Part shown: one piece after another, positions 10,270-23,901 of the stretch
Layout of the letters: each line of letters begins with the position of its first letter
Numbering within the stretch: the stretch's first letter is position 1
Source: Trichosphaerium sp. ATCC 40318
Lineage: Eukaryota > Protista > Tubulinea
Assembly: GCA_038496445.1 (NCBI GenBank)
Contig: JALMLS010000376.1
Coordinates: 1 to 64,000 of the forward strand
DNA length: 64,000 nt
Direction: 5' to 3'
Notes under the pieces: generated by a model
What the model was told of the DNA's origin: nothing
Database searches by the model: none
What the model saw: the letters and a program-made list of their open reading frames with translations, nothing else
Made by a program: the position numbers and the translations under genes

Positions 10270-13200
10270 CTATTCGTCGTGGAGGCTATTCCAACTGCGT
10301 ATTGATTTTGCGCGCTGTAAAAACTGACGCACATGCATACGGTCCTCCTTGGCGCCCATTGAGTTTATAAAGCTGGCGTACTTTCTGAGACAGCTAGAAA
10401 ACAAATTTTAGAGAATCGTAATGAATTATGACACTTACCCTACAAATTGCGGATTTGACTCTAGGGAGCGTAGGAAGAAGTCTTCTGCCTTCACTGCATC
10501 GACTTTACAAAATTGGTAAAATTCAGCATAAAGAAGTAGAGTGGAACAATTCGATGGTTCCATTGACATTGCCGTCATTAGTTTTTGTTCAATCTTGTCT
10601 ACCCAATGAGGTTCCTAGTAATACCATGAGAGAAATTACGTTACACTATAATTTTTTCTGGTGCTTGTGACATTGGGAATGATAATCTCATAAAACCCCG
10701 AAATTTCGTTGTTTCAAAAGGCTTTACCAGGGGCGTTGGAAATTTGTTGCGTAGCCGATAAAGGTTGATCATGACATCGATGATATTATGGTATCTAAAG
10801 AGCAATCAGAGGTGATGTTTGTATTTTGTCTCTTGTACTTACAAGTCAAGATTTAAGTTATTATCCAAAGCACTTTCAAATGTCTCTAGCGCCATAAGAT
10901 AGTATTTTTGAGCGCTTGGAAGGTCCCTGGTAGAGAAATACTTTGCTAAAAAAAACAATACGTTAACCCATTGCGCTTAGGCATGCGGAAAAAAAAATAC
11001 ATCCGCGACAAGTGTGGATAATAACGAACCTCGTTCTCTGAAAATATATCCTAAAGAAACACATTAGCAACGACAAGAACAATTATTATTGTTTCTCTAG
11101 TAAACTTACCTTGTGCATGTTCTATTATTTTCATGTGTTTTACATTAGCTCTCATTTTCATCAAGTCAGTACGACCAATAGGTTCCCGCTCACTGTATTG
11201 TTCAGGCGTCACAAATATTTTTTTAATGTATCCCAAAAATCCTGGTCTAAACTTCAAACCCAGCATCTTTTGTACTTTAAGTAGGACAATAAATATTCCA
11301 CTACAAGTCTCAGTTGATGTTCCACCGTTTTTTTGCTGCAATACTTCAAAAGTACCAATACCAGACTCCAATTCTACATCAATTTGAACAGTCGCCCTAT
11401 CCACAATATCAACAAATAAAAAAAAACCACTTTCTTGCTTGTGTCAGTCAGTCGTACTTCTTCTGATTCACTAGATCATCCTAAAAATAGGTGTTACACA
11501 TTAATGAAAGGTGTATGTATTTTTTTTTTTAAGAGGCGTACTAGATTAGAACCTGATATATTCATAGGTACAGAATAATTCCTGAGAGCTGTTTTTAAGT
11601 TCCAATCATCCTTCATTTCACGTTTATCAAATGCACTTTCAAACTGTTTGATGATCAACCTCTTCAATGTAGTGTTCCAATAGTAATCAGAGTGCTTGCG
11701 ATTTGAAAATAGCAAATTAAGGTAATCAACCAATACTACACGGAAAGGAGACTCAACATGAAGTCTAAATTCCCTACTTTTCTGTCTAAGCCTAAGTCGT
11801 AGTTCATTCTTGATTGCTCGTGCACACTAGTTTAAACTATGTTACTACATATTAAACTGCTATTGCTACGCACCATTTCTATGAGTATTAGCCCACGTGG
11901 TATGGGTTCTTTATATCTATCCATGCAGTTTCTGACAAGCCCCAAATGCCTACAATTAATACCAAGGCTATGCATTCTCGAAATTAAAGGAAATCCAGGT
12001 ACTAACCCAGATGCAGCTACTCCTGCAATCTCCTTGGCCTATAAAATATTAGATTACTGGCACGATAATGAAGCACGTAAAGTGAAACTTACAACTAGTT
12101 TTGCATATCTAGGAATGACACGTGTCTTTAAAAATGAGGTTGCTTCTGATATTTCTTTATTATGCAAGGTCCGTTCTGGGTCGAGCTTGATGAACGCTAG
12201 CATAGGGTGTAAGTGAGATCGCACATGTGATAGCTTGGCCAACCTGAGAACGCATCTGGGCATAGAGGTGTATAGTATCGTCTTACAAACTCTGGACGTA
12301 GTAGTCTATGCAAGAAGGAGCTCTTCACTCCACCTGTTGGGTCCTCTGGCGGAAAGGCTCTTGCCAAATCTATAACATACAGTCGTCCATCCTAAAGGAT
12401 GTTTAATGATCGTTACCTACAACAAAAGTAGCAATAAATACCTCTCCTAGGTGGCCCTCAACATCGATGGCTGTGTGTAGGTATTTACAATGTCCGCTAT
12501 AAAACCGTCAGCGCAGGTCTGTTTTTTGGTTTTCAAAGTGAAGCACGTACGGTTTTACGCCGCAAATGTGAGGTTTTAGGTTAAGTAATTTTGCAGCTTG
12601 ACTCATTTGAACCTTCATGTTCTTATGACTCTAAAAAATTCGTTATGTTACAACGATGCCTTTGTTGAAGGTGTAGTCCTACCGATTTTACATCAAAACC
12701 GCCATTGGCTGATCCTGACACTAGTGTATGTTTACTAATTGGTAGCAAAGATACACACAACATGCGAAATCCTACAGTATCAAATTAGATGAGTAAGAGG
12801 GGTTGAGAAATGTATAGCGTGCCTAGATAATCTACAAGTGCCGTTAAAGGGACGCACAGTGCTAATTTACAATTGAGATAATTTACAAATGCTCGAAGTT
12901 CATGGGCTCCAGCCTTCATGGCTGCAGCATCATCACCATAAAGATCTTAAAAAAATTAAACATATTAGATATGTTACACAAGAAGAGAACGTACTGTGGG
13001 AGTCAAGGAGTAATTTGAATAAAATGTTTTTTACAATATACTTTCTACCACTTGCTACACCACCAATATCAACTGGGTGTATTGTACGCTCTTCATCAGG
13101 TAAGTAGTATTCACTGATGATAATCTCTCCATACGTCCTACACAACGTAAAAATAGAGGAAAACGTACAACAAGAAGAACCAACAAAAAAAAATTTAGTC

Positions 13201-15437
13201 ATTACCTTGCACAAGTGAGAAAATCTTGAGCCAAGTCAACTATAGAGTGGCAAGCTGAAAGCATTTGCTCTATAGACGTGTTTATATCTACTCCATTAAA
13301 TGAACTGATAGCATGCTGGAACCTTGCGTTCCAGTCACCATGAGAATACGTAGTTGTTTGTTTGCCATGTTTACTTGGAACAGCAGTACCAGTGAAGGGA
13401 CGTTGTGAATCAAGGTAGGACTCTAAGTTGTGTTCTTCATCTTCAATCATTTCAAAGTCATCTGAGCGGATTGGCTCTTATAATTCTTAACATTAGCAAC
13501 CACACAAAAAAAGTAAAGGGCTATTGGTACATACTTGATTCGAAAGTATCAGCATCACTTTCGCTGTTGTCCAGCATTTCGAATGAATCTTCTTCAGTAT
13601 CAGCACTAACACATCTCTGCAAGTGTGTATTTTTGACAGGTTTGGCAATGCGAAAATCAGCAACAGAACATGATTTCTGTTCAGGGCGACCAATGCTAGT
13701 ATTAATTTTAGCAATGTAACGACATATTGGAAAATGGTTAATTACTGTGGGTATCCATCACTTCTGGATAGTCTAGGCTTTTCTTTCGAGTTTGTGTCGT
13801 GCCCAGTGGACAAGGCAGCAGATTTATTGAGCTTCATGGGCGTTTGTTTGGGGACTTTGCGTTCAAGTATTTCTTCTACTGGTGTAGATTTATACGCGTA
13901 TGCGCTATTGTCTACGGATGCGTTGTCGTTGTTCAATGTGCGAGGTGACTCTAATACTTAAAAGTAAGTACCAAGCATGTAAAATGCTGTTTTGGTACCA
14001 GAAGGTGGTGTTTGATCCTCGTATGCGTTTACAGCTCCTTCATCAACATAGAATGCCGATGGTTTGGGTTCTTCATCTGGATCTTCAATATAAACGCCAA
14101 TACGCCGGTATAGTTTCTTGTTTTCTTCTGGTTCATCAAGGTAATGGGATTTTATCCTATCCCTTGTTTGTTGAGGTGAGGGTAACGAACGTGATGCTTC
14201 ACTCAAAGCTTTCTCTTTCTCTAAAGTACTCGCTGATAGGCGCTTTATCTTTACTTTATCAGTGCCACAACTACATAGAATAGTATTTACCTCCTTGGGT
14301 TGTATGATGGTAGAGCTTGGACGAGCAGTAAGCGGTTTTGACAAGATTTTTTTCCGTCTAATTCCTTTCAGTTAATACAAAGTGTTTTGTAGTTGCAATC
14401 AAACCTTTTCTGTATTATCTGGCGGTGTGAATACTCGAATATTAATCTCTTTACTACGATTTCGTCAAATCTTTGCTACTACGTTGATTTTCAAAAGATG
14501 CATACCAGCTTTTTTAGAAGCGACTTGCCCAGGTGTCAAACCTGTCCAGTACTTTGATTTGCGATTACCAAATTTCTCGTGTACTTCTACCTGGGTCTCT
14601 GCAACCGCGTGTGGAGAACTACCATGATCCAAAAGTGTCCCTTTATACAAGTCAAACAAACACAGAAGTAGTGAACAACAAAATTTCTAACTTGAAAAAT
14701 GAAGCGCGAAATCTGTCAGTTCTCGATCTTTAAAACGTACAACACATGTCATAATGGCCTGCAGCAGCAGCGTAATGGAGTGCAGTGTTACCAAAATCAT
14801 CTACTGCGTTTGGGTTTACACCTAGAGCCCACGGGCGTTCATTGAAAGAAATTTTGATTTTTCTCATGTGTTAACCCACTGAGGTAGTGATGTACCTGCT
14901 TCAAGAAGCATTTTACAAGCCCCAATGCGATCAAGCCATGCGCCAAAATGTAAGGGCGTACCCGAAACCCACCTGAACGTGTTAAAAATACACAATGAAC
15001 GTGTCATTTTTTTTTTTCTTTTTTACCAATCAGCCTCTCGTTGATACGTGGGATTGAACAACGTGAATATACGCGTTATCTTTGCACACTCCTCCAATGG
15101 AGCACGCACAGAAATGAGAGCGTGAAGTCGAACGAGGTCTTCTTTTTCCACAGCCGCATGTACTTTTGTGTAACCCGAGTTGGGTTCAAACTGCAATTGC
15201 TGGTAAATAGTTTTGACACGCAAATGATATCGTTGGTTACACGTAAAAAACGCCTTAGCTAACCTTTTTAATTACAGTTTTTCCTGAGCTATATTTCACA
15301 GTGGCCTCTACTTTGCCTGAGAGCTCCCGGGATGGCCTACAGCAATTGTTAAACGAGACACGTAACGAATTTAACTGGTAAGTGGCAGTACCCTCCCTGA
15401 GTAGCTTTCTCGTCGTCACGACGCTCTTCTCCTTCAT
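10270..15437 (-). CDS. Ankyrin-repeat + Clu domain + TPR-like protein (multi-exon)
   Basis: Ankyrin motifs ([13 protein letters not shown]); Clu motifs [45 protein letters not shown]; last exon ends SLHDE* at 10270. Start codon uncertain. Confidence 0.85.
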
Positions 15438-15640
15438 CCCCGATGCCTAAAAAGCGTAGGACTGGATTTGCCATTACAGAGCTTCATACTATGTAATCAA
15501 TCTACACATATTGGAGTAAGGCGCAATTTGACGCTTATCAAAGCCTGTTCCTAACAAAAAATGTTGTCTTAATTTTTGGGGTTTAAGGTAAGGATTTCCT
15601 TCACGTTCAAAATGGAAAACTCCTCGTGTTTATTTCTTTT

Positions 15641-16995
15641 CTATTGATCGTCTACAGCACTCTGCCACAAGTGCAGTTGATCTACAACTACATCTGGCAG
15701 CGTTTGAGTAGCCTCTTTCATTTTTTCATGAGCGTTTTCGCGCATGTATCTTACAATATGAGAAGCGCTTAGACCTCTATCAAAAGCGCGTTGAGCGCTT
15801 GCTTTAGTTATTGTACCCACCAAAAAATTAGGAATTCTATATTCAAGATCAACGAAAAAGCCAATTGTAGCAATGTCGACTGGATCACTCGTGTATGCGT
15901 ATAGACGAAAGTTATTCTCTACAATAATTATACCACGATTTGTTTCTGTTGGATAGCATAGAGTATGCAAGTCTTCAGTCGCGAATGTAACACTTGTGTC
16001 CTACAACAAAAATAGCGTCAGAAGGTTTTTTTAGCTCTTGTGGTTCCAAGCGGCACCTCGTCGTATTTCGCCAATCCAAAGTTGTGTAAAACTCTAGCTA
16101 GTTCGGTATCTTCTGTTACAATACCTTCTCCAGGATTTAAAGAGCTCAGATGGAATATAAGGCCTAACAAGGCTGACTTTTGATCATCAGGTACAGCACT
16201 TTTTAGCAAAATCCATTTTTTCATACAATCAGTCTCCATCATAAATTGAAGGCCATATGGAGTTGTCTTATAGTGACGCTTGCGAACCTTACGCAATAGG
16301 CCAGTTTTATGCATGACAGAAAACACTGGTTCTGGCACATCGTGGGCATTAAAGTTGATTCCAACTTGGTTGACAATAGGAACATTTGCAAAGAATAGAA
16401 TAGCGCTTGGGAATAGTGTCCAAGTTTCCTTTGACCACTGACTAAGTGCCTCCAAATCACACGTGGTTTCTGGTACCAAATTGTGATCACTGAGTACAAT
16501 ATCAGAAAAACAAGTTTTTAGGTTGTACCACGTGCATAAAAAGCGCTTGGCGTAGCGTTCGGTAGAATAAGGCGTCCAAATACGCTTTTGGCCTACAGTT
16601 TTGTTAGTTTCTAGAATTGGTACATGCACACTAATGCCGTATAAGCACCAGTAACATTTAAAAGTATATGGCTGTAATTTCAGAGTAAGTTGACGCTTTG
16701 GTGTGCATTTGGAAGCAAGATTAACGATACCCTTTGGTTAAGGCGAATTTCGCGTCTAGTATTGGTTTTAACGACTGTTTGACCTCATCTGTGATAATGT
16801 AGCCGGTTCTTTGTCCAGGAAATAGTAAAAGCATTACTTTTTGTTGACATGGCGTTGGAAGGCACCTAGAAGAGTTGGCTAACGCGTCTTTGAGCAAAGG
16901 TACCTAAACACAGCTTTGGCAGCATTACACGCGTATTTGGCGTTGAGAATATCTGTCCACACAGTACGAGGGATTATATCAAGGATAGTAGTCAT
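15641..16995 (-). CDS. GTF2H4: TFIIH subunit p52/Tfb2, divergent
   Basis: GIIIVENNFRLYAYT...G.ITKAS...AFDRGLSASHIV.Y...AH and VVDQLHLW; N-terminal AVFRCLP. Confidence 0.88.
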
Positions 16996-17066
16996 GCTGG
17001 GCGCTGTACTGAACAAAAAAAAACTGGCGTGACTGCCTTAAACCGATCTGATAGTAAAAACACATT

Positions 17067-20000
17067 TTATTGATCACATTGTACAGTAGGTAACCCAAAA
17101 AAAGAATCGCCTGGCAAGTAAGAGATTGACGAATGAAATACAATCGCCCAAAAAAATTGGCGAACCTAGTCTGGTAGAATTGGAAGTGGTCGACCAACAG
17201 CGCGTTGGCCCATTTCGCCAGTCATAGAACGTTCTAGGTTCAATAGCTCTTTTTCTTTTTCACGGGTTTTTTCTTCTTCCTGAAGACGTAATGCCTTTTC
17301 GGCCTCCAAACTGCGTTTGTATTCTACAAAACAACTTATTTAGAAGTTGAAAATTTGATGAGACATTTTGACACATTGTGACACTTTCCAATTTTTTTCC
17401 GTACCATCAATTTGATGCTGATCAGTTTCTAGAGTTGATCCTGAAAGTTTCATAGCTTCTATTTCTTCAGTTTCTTTCTTCAATGCCTCTTTCTGTTTGT
17501 GCATTTCCTAGATCATTTTTAGGATAAATAGCTATTATGCAAGCGTACATCTTTTATTTTTTTTATATTAAGCTCTGCCTCACGACGTTTTCTCTCTTCC
17601 TCTTCGCGCCTTTTTCTAAGAACCTCAAGTTGACGGCGCATTTTTTCCATTTCTTCTTTTTTCTTTTGCATTAATTTCTAGTACGTTAGTTACTTGGAGA
17701 TAACACGCAAAAAAAAAGTATCTTCATTTTTTAATACCTCTTTTTTGGCTTTTATCATTTGTTCATGCTCTCGCCGTTTTTTCTCTTCTTGAATACGCTG
17801 TTGTTTCTCCCGTTCAATTTCTTGACGGAGTTTATCTATTTCAGCCTTTTTTTTCTGGTTTTGTTCTTTAATTTCTTTTTTCTGTTTTTCCTCTGCAAGT
17901 TTTCTTCTTTCTTCCTCTACTTTTTTCCTGGCAAGATCTTGCCTAGCTGCTTCTTGTCGTTCCTCTTCAATGATATCTTCCATAGCCTTTCTACGCTCTT
18001 CTCCTTCTTTTTGTTTGCGTTTCTCTTCTTCACGTTGTCTTCGCATTTCAACAAGCTCAGGTTCGTCAACCTAAAAATCTTAGTTAGCCCAATAAGGATA
18101 ATTTAGAAGCAAGCGTACGAGTTCAAAGTTTTCATTGTCTATCTCTACAGAATCGCTACGGATGTTTAAGGTGTCTGTAGCCATCCTTGCTTTGCTAATC
18201 ACAGTAGGCTTTTTTGGCGCCTCGTCAGGCAAGTCTTCAAGTTGAGAGAACATGTCTGATGGATCACTGTAAGTGTAGTCAGCTGAGTTCCTCTGGCTAG
18301 GTGATTTTTCTGGCTCAGGCACTTTTAGTTGCCGTTCTCGCTTTAGCGCTTCTCTTTTCTTCAAAATATGCTCCTGTTGGCGTCTTTGAAGCTCTTCCTG
18401 TTCCCTTCGTTCTTGTTCTCGCCTTTTGGCAGCTATATCCTTCTTACGCTGCTCTGGCGTTTTTACGATAACTGCTGTTGGTACTGGGAGGGTAGGTCGC
18501 TCCTAATACTGGTTTAAAACAGATTTGATTGTCACTAAATTTGTAATAAAATGCCCACCTCTATTTTCGGTAGACCTATTCCTGGGTCATCATAAATACC
18601 CGCTAATTCACTTTCCAAAGTATCAAATAGATCCTTCATAAAATTTTAGTAAATGATGCACAAAAAACTTTAGTTAAGTACATGTGTCGATTCCTGGCTA
18701 CTACTAAGTGGTAATGGTTCAGTACGTGGCTGTTCTTCACTAGCTTGAGAAGTGTGAGGTAATGATATCCTAATCAAATACGTACAAGCTCTTTTTGGAA
18801 TAGGTATTGGGTCTTGGAGGCTCTTGTGTCTGGTTTGCGAAGACTGTCTCTTAGGTGCTGGTCGCTTCATTTCCGCTGAGCTCCGTTTTTTAGGTGCTGG
18901 TAGTCCAGGGTAGTTGTTAAAGTGTACTACCAAACGCTTTATCGTCTTGACAATACTTACTATAGCTGCACCATCATCAGTTTTTTCAGCAAAACTCGCG
19001 ACTTGCTCCAAACCTAATTAATAATAAAAATCACAACCAACTATTTTTCTTTCATGGCCAATAAATTTGTACCATAATTTACGTCGCTGAATGCAATTGT
19101 AATAAGTTGACGCAATGCCAAGAGTTTGTCTGATGGTTTTTTGGCAGCTTGTCTACCTCGCTTTACAATGTAGGGCTTTAATTCATCCATTTCCTTTTTT
19201 ACAACCTACGATTTGTGTCATTAATTTTATAGCATATCGTACTCTACGTACCCTCACTAGTGTAACCAATGGGCTACTATCACGCATTGAAGAAACATTC
19301 TTAGCGTCTTTCAACACACCAGCAAGTTTTAGCTTTGTGAGATAAGCAAAAATACTGCGAATATAATCAAAGAACGTACCAAAAGTCCTGTTCGTATTTT
19401 AGCACGAACCCATTCTTTCAACTTTAATAATTTATCTTGGTTAGCACTTGATGACGAGCTTGTAACAGGTTTCTCTACTGTATGATAGTTTAGTGGTAGA
19501 GACCGTATCACTCGAATAACGCACGTGATACAGGACCAGACGATGGTTGAGATCCAGACGACTCAGATGTCTTGGACGATTGGCTACTTGGTGGCGATAT
19601 TGTTCTGGGTACAGGTACATACCGTTGTTTAAAATACTCATATAACATTCTATGCGTATATTAGGGCAAAATTATGCAATTTTTAAAATGGTACCTTGGC
19701 TTGTCTACAAGCCTTTTTACATTTGCGTCTGTGATTGGGTTATCGCTCACAAGTAACCCCTTGTTTCCAGCGACACCTAGTGCTGTACAGCGAGCGACAG
19801 CTAATGGAACTTCCTTAAAATAATTCGCTGTAATATTTAAACAACCCTATTGATAAACTCTTAGCCTCAGAAATAATTGTTTCTGAGGTACCAAATTAGC
19901 TAAGTTGTCAAAAATTCCTTCTGGTAATTTTGTAATGCGATTGTAGCTGCAATCCAAGTATCTTAGATTAACACAACCACTGAAATCTTTAGGTAGATCA

Positions 20001-21403
20001 TTAAAGTTGCAACACCTACGTTACCAAGTGTCAATCACAAAATCAAACTTGAACATTGTGGAGGTATTGGATCGATAAAAACATACCTCACGCTTAGGTA
20101 AGTTAAGTTTGTTAGTTTGCCTATAGCTGGATGCAATTTAGTCAAGGCCCTATTATCGTCAAGTTTAAGAGTCTTTAAATTCTTTAACAATCCAATATCT
20201 TCTGGAATAGTCTTTATATTATTTGAGCTTAAATTTAGCTCTACTAATCCCTCGAGTGCAGACACACCTTTTGGTTAAATTTTAGCACATGAATAAACCT
20301 ACAACAATTATAGTAACACGTACTGGCAGGGAATACATCAACTTCATTTTTCGAGAAATCCAATACTTGCAAATAACTGAATGCCAACACAGAAATTGGC
20401 AAAGAAGGGAAACGGTTATTTGCTAAACTAAGCTTCTTTAAAGACGGCAACTTGCTCTCAGCTTGAGCTGCTGAAGGCCATGACATCATTTGAAAACCTG
20501 ACAGATCTAATAATTGTATCAGCACCACACTGTCCCTTCCTAATAAAGGCCACTTGTACCTAATTCTTCGAGTTTGTATTTTACAGTTTGCTCGACAATA
20601 TCAGACAGTCGTTGGGTGTCTTGACTAGATACACCGCCATACTTACGCTGAAGCTTTTCAACGTTTTCTTTGGCAATAGCTTATAATATTTATTTAATAT
20701 AAAAGAGTGTCTCAGACGTGTGTTTACCTTGCTCGTTTTTCTTGTCCTCATACTTGTTGTCCAAAAACAGACGTAACCGTTCAACCCAATAATCTCTTCC
20801 AAACGAACTCTGAGTACTTTTGTCAATGTGTGTCTGGTAATCAATTAATTGGTTATAAGCGTACTTTGGACTGGAAGATGTATGTTGTGTTTTTTGTAAC
20901 TACTTCGAAAGCAAACTTCTTCTTGAAGGGCATGTAAGCGTGAAAAGCAATATGTGGGTAAGAATTGTTTGTTTTATTATAATTTGTCGTATCATTCTGC
21001 GACAGAAAAAAAAGTGACGTTTGGGTAACGTACTTCGCCTGAATGCTTCGTGTTTGGTTTAATACCGTCTTCTACATTCGAAATAAAGGTAATGTCAAAT
21101 TCTGCTAGCAATGCCTGGTGGCGGTTTTAACTTTTGATTCACTACAGCAGCCTCACCTTGTTGTTTTCGGCTTCGTAAAGTCTTAAATAGCGATGGCGAG
21201 AGTTCGTTTTTACAGCTGTTTCTACCCAATAGTCCCTCCCTGCGATAGATTTTTGCGTTTAGCGAGTGGTCGCGCAAATAAAACGTACCATTACCTACTT
21301 TTGAGCTGCCTTTTTTTAAACGCAAAGTGCCAGATACCTAGATTTACGTGTGAATATTCGGGTGAGTTGAATTACGCAGCGATTGGCTCACTTGGTTGAT
21401 CAT
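17067..21403 (-). CDS. PH-like domain + leucine-rich repeats + charged coiled-coil protein
   Basis: Spliced N-terminus MINQVSGTLRLKKG...KFAFEVVT...YIFQ...DYWVERL; LRRs (LVELNLSSNNIKTIPEDIG); E/K/R-rich tail. Confidence 0.8.
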
Positions 21404-21756
21404 AATAAGGCTTATGTACGGGTACTATCACATATACGCTCAAACAGTGGCTTTACAATACACAAAACAGTCTTCGGCGTGATTGTCTCTCGCTTAAAGT
21501 CATAATTCGTTTAAGTGGTTGTGCGCTAGTTGTACAGAAGCAGCTATCGGCGCTCCTGTGTCCTACCAACGATGAAATGCACCATTTTGCGGTATTTGAA
21601 CGCATGGTTACTATTTCCTTGCGTCATTTCTTTTATTATTAGGCTAAGTTTTGCAACGATAAACACGTTGCTTTATGAGCGCCTTTGACGCGTGCTAATG
21701 CGTAGTTGCTGTTCTTTTCCGATTTTAGCGTAAATCAAACCTCTCAGCGTTATTTG

Positions 21757-23683
21757 TCACACAATATGTTTTGCCATTGCGTCACAGAACCTACCGTAGA
21801 GATTATGAGAAAACGCTTGGTTGTGAGTTGCTTTTTACTAACCGTTTTTCGTAAAACTCTGGGTCTTGTGTAAAAAGACACATCAGTAAACACAACCAAT
21901 TATTAGCAACGTACCGGACACTGATATGGTTTTCTAGTTGAGTCGTAAATGAAAGAAATATTTTTTGTAGCACGTGCCTTTTCGTACATGAGCATTTTAA
22001 GCGCTTGTTCAACCTTTTTGGTCATTGTGTACTACACATAAATATGTCAAAACATTGAGTTGCGCTACTGTGGCTTATGTACTTTTGTGAGTGTATCTAT
22101 TATACCCAAGAAATATACCTCTCCTGTACCTTTAGACCTACGCGAAAAAAATGAGTAAGCACTTGAAATGATTTTCAAGCACCTTATACCACCTAAACAA
22201 CGTTTAAACAAGTAAGGTGTCAGCACTTCATCCGTCTTTGGAGTGACACCTTCATCTTTGTTATCAGCCGAGCGGTAGCTATGGGCGTAGTTAGCTGATA
22301 GCTGATTTTTTCTTGAACTATTTACACTTTGGCTTTTCTACGTATTTTTTGGATACTTTGTCGCTCTTCTATTGTCATTTTATGTATACCAACTAGAAAA
22401 CTTGGACAAACTCGTTACCAAGTAGTAATATGAGTTTCACGGATTTTACCTGTAATCTATAATGCCATGGCCACTAAGAAACTATTATATTTAGGTTAGA
22501 GTGGATCAGATCAATAGATGTCAAAAATATATCAATCACGTGCATGTGAATCTTCAAGTATTTGTGATACTAACAAGTTCTTCATTTCAGGGCCGACTAA
22601 AATTTTACGTTCACCAAAGTTCAAGTCTAATTTGACCTTGGACTTTGATTTATAGGTGAACCGCCCTTGTGAAGACCCCTATATTCTCTTTAATCAAAAA
22701 ATGTATTTTCTCCTAACCTTGAGGTCGTATATATCATCAATAGAGATGGACTGGTTGGTAAATATACTTTCTTGAACAACAAAATATGTATGTATTGTTC
22801 CTCTTTGAATTTTATATAATCCAAGAAACTTTGATAGTAACGCATTTGGTTGACACTGCATGTACTACATACACTGTTAGTAGTGTATATCTTTCCCTTT
22901 CTTGCACCTCGTAGTAGCTACTACACATATCACATAACGCATTCTTCTCCTGCTGACTTATTGTCTTTAGGATGAATCGTTTACTTTTTGAAAAAAAAAA
23001 CATTGATCCACTCTTTCCTTTTTATCACAAAAACAATGTCAGTATTCAAAAATAGGCAGTGTCGTTATTTGGAACCTGCGGATTCTGTCATCTTTTTATC
23101 TTCCCCAAGACACCAAGCATCCTATTTTTATTTTTATTTCGGATATTTTTCGTTTGTAAAAAAACACGTGCCAGGTAATCGGTAAAATCATCTTCATTTT
23201 GAACACCAAAAAACTGCCGTAGTTTCCTGAGCGACGTGTAAGACGCCTACCGTCACCCTTTTTTTGAAAAACGTGCCTGAAAATATTTGGATAGAATTCA
23301 GTAGCCTACAAACAACTGAGAAGCGCGTAAACCTAATCTTCTAACCAAATAATAACGATTCGAGAACGACATGCCTCGTACGGGTATGCTCTCTAATTTA
23401 TACGTGACTTTACGGAGTTCTCCTTCATTTGATGGCGTCTGCATTTGAATCTGTTATACCTCATGTTAGTATGTGCTGAAATGTTGTTTTTTCTGTTACG
23501 CAGTGTGTTAGAGCCTTCAAAGTGCTTAACAGAGTAGCTTGAGCAGCGCTGTGTGTTGGTAGAATAGATAGGCTCGAAATTCTAAACGCTTGTAAAGATT
23601 ACACTACTGTTCTTACTTGCGTACTGAGGTAGAGGACTAACTTTCATTGACATTCGATTGCGTCTCACCTTGTTAGCTGCCAT
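21757..23683 (-). CDS. Phosphatidylinositol-phosphate kinase (PIP5K family)
   Basis: FYPNIFRKLR, GKSGSMFFFS..KRFILKTI, YDLKGS, IIDYSFLVGIH, YFLGIIDTL and DPEFYEKRF after splicing ~16 introns. Confidence 0.93.
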
Positions 23684-23901
23684 AGTGTTACGATCTTTGA
23701 AGCTATTTATCAGAACGTTTTGATTGATTGGTCGCACGTGGTCAAAAAACCCTTACATTAACAACTACTACCCCTCAAAACATTGGCTTGATGTGATAGT
23801 TTAAACACGTGATTAAACTGACACAAAAAAACGACAACTTTTTTTGAACCGGATTGTAGCTTGTACATTTATTTTCTTTTTTTTGTTTCTTTTCCCATAA
23901 T

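Noticed and set aside
10270-10395. Structured ncRNA candidate
   Set aside because: It is the last coding exon of the Clu-domain gene.
21240-21290. Sm-site-like ATTTTTG plus hairpin (snRNA?)
   Set aside because: Explained as the reverse complement of an intron in the PH-LRR gene.
22290-22360. U12-type intron (GTATCC donor) in the PIP kinase gene
   Set aside because: The donor reads GTATCCAA rather than GTATCCTT, there is no CCTTAAC branch site, and alternative GT donors exist.
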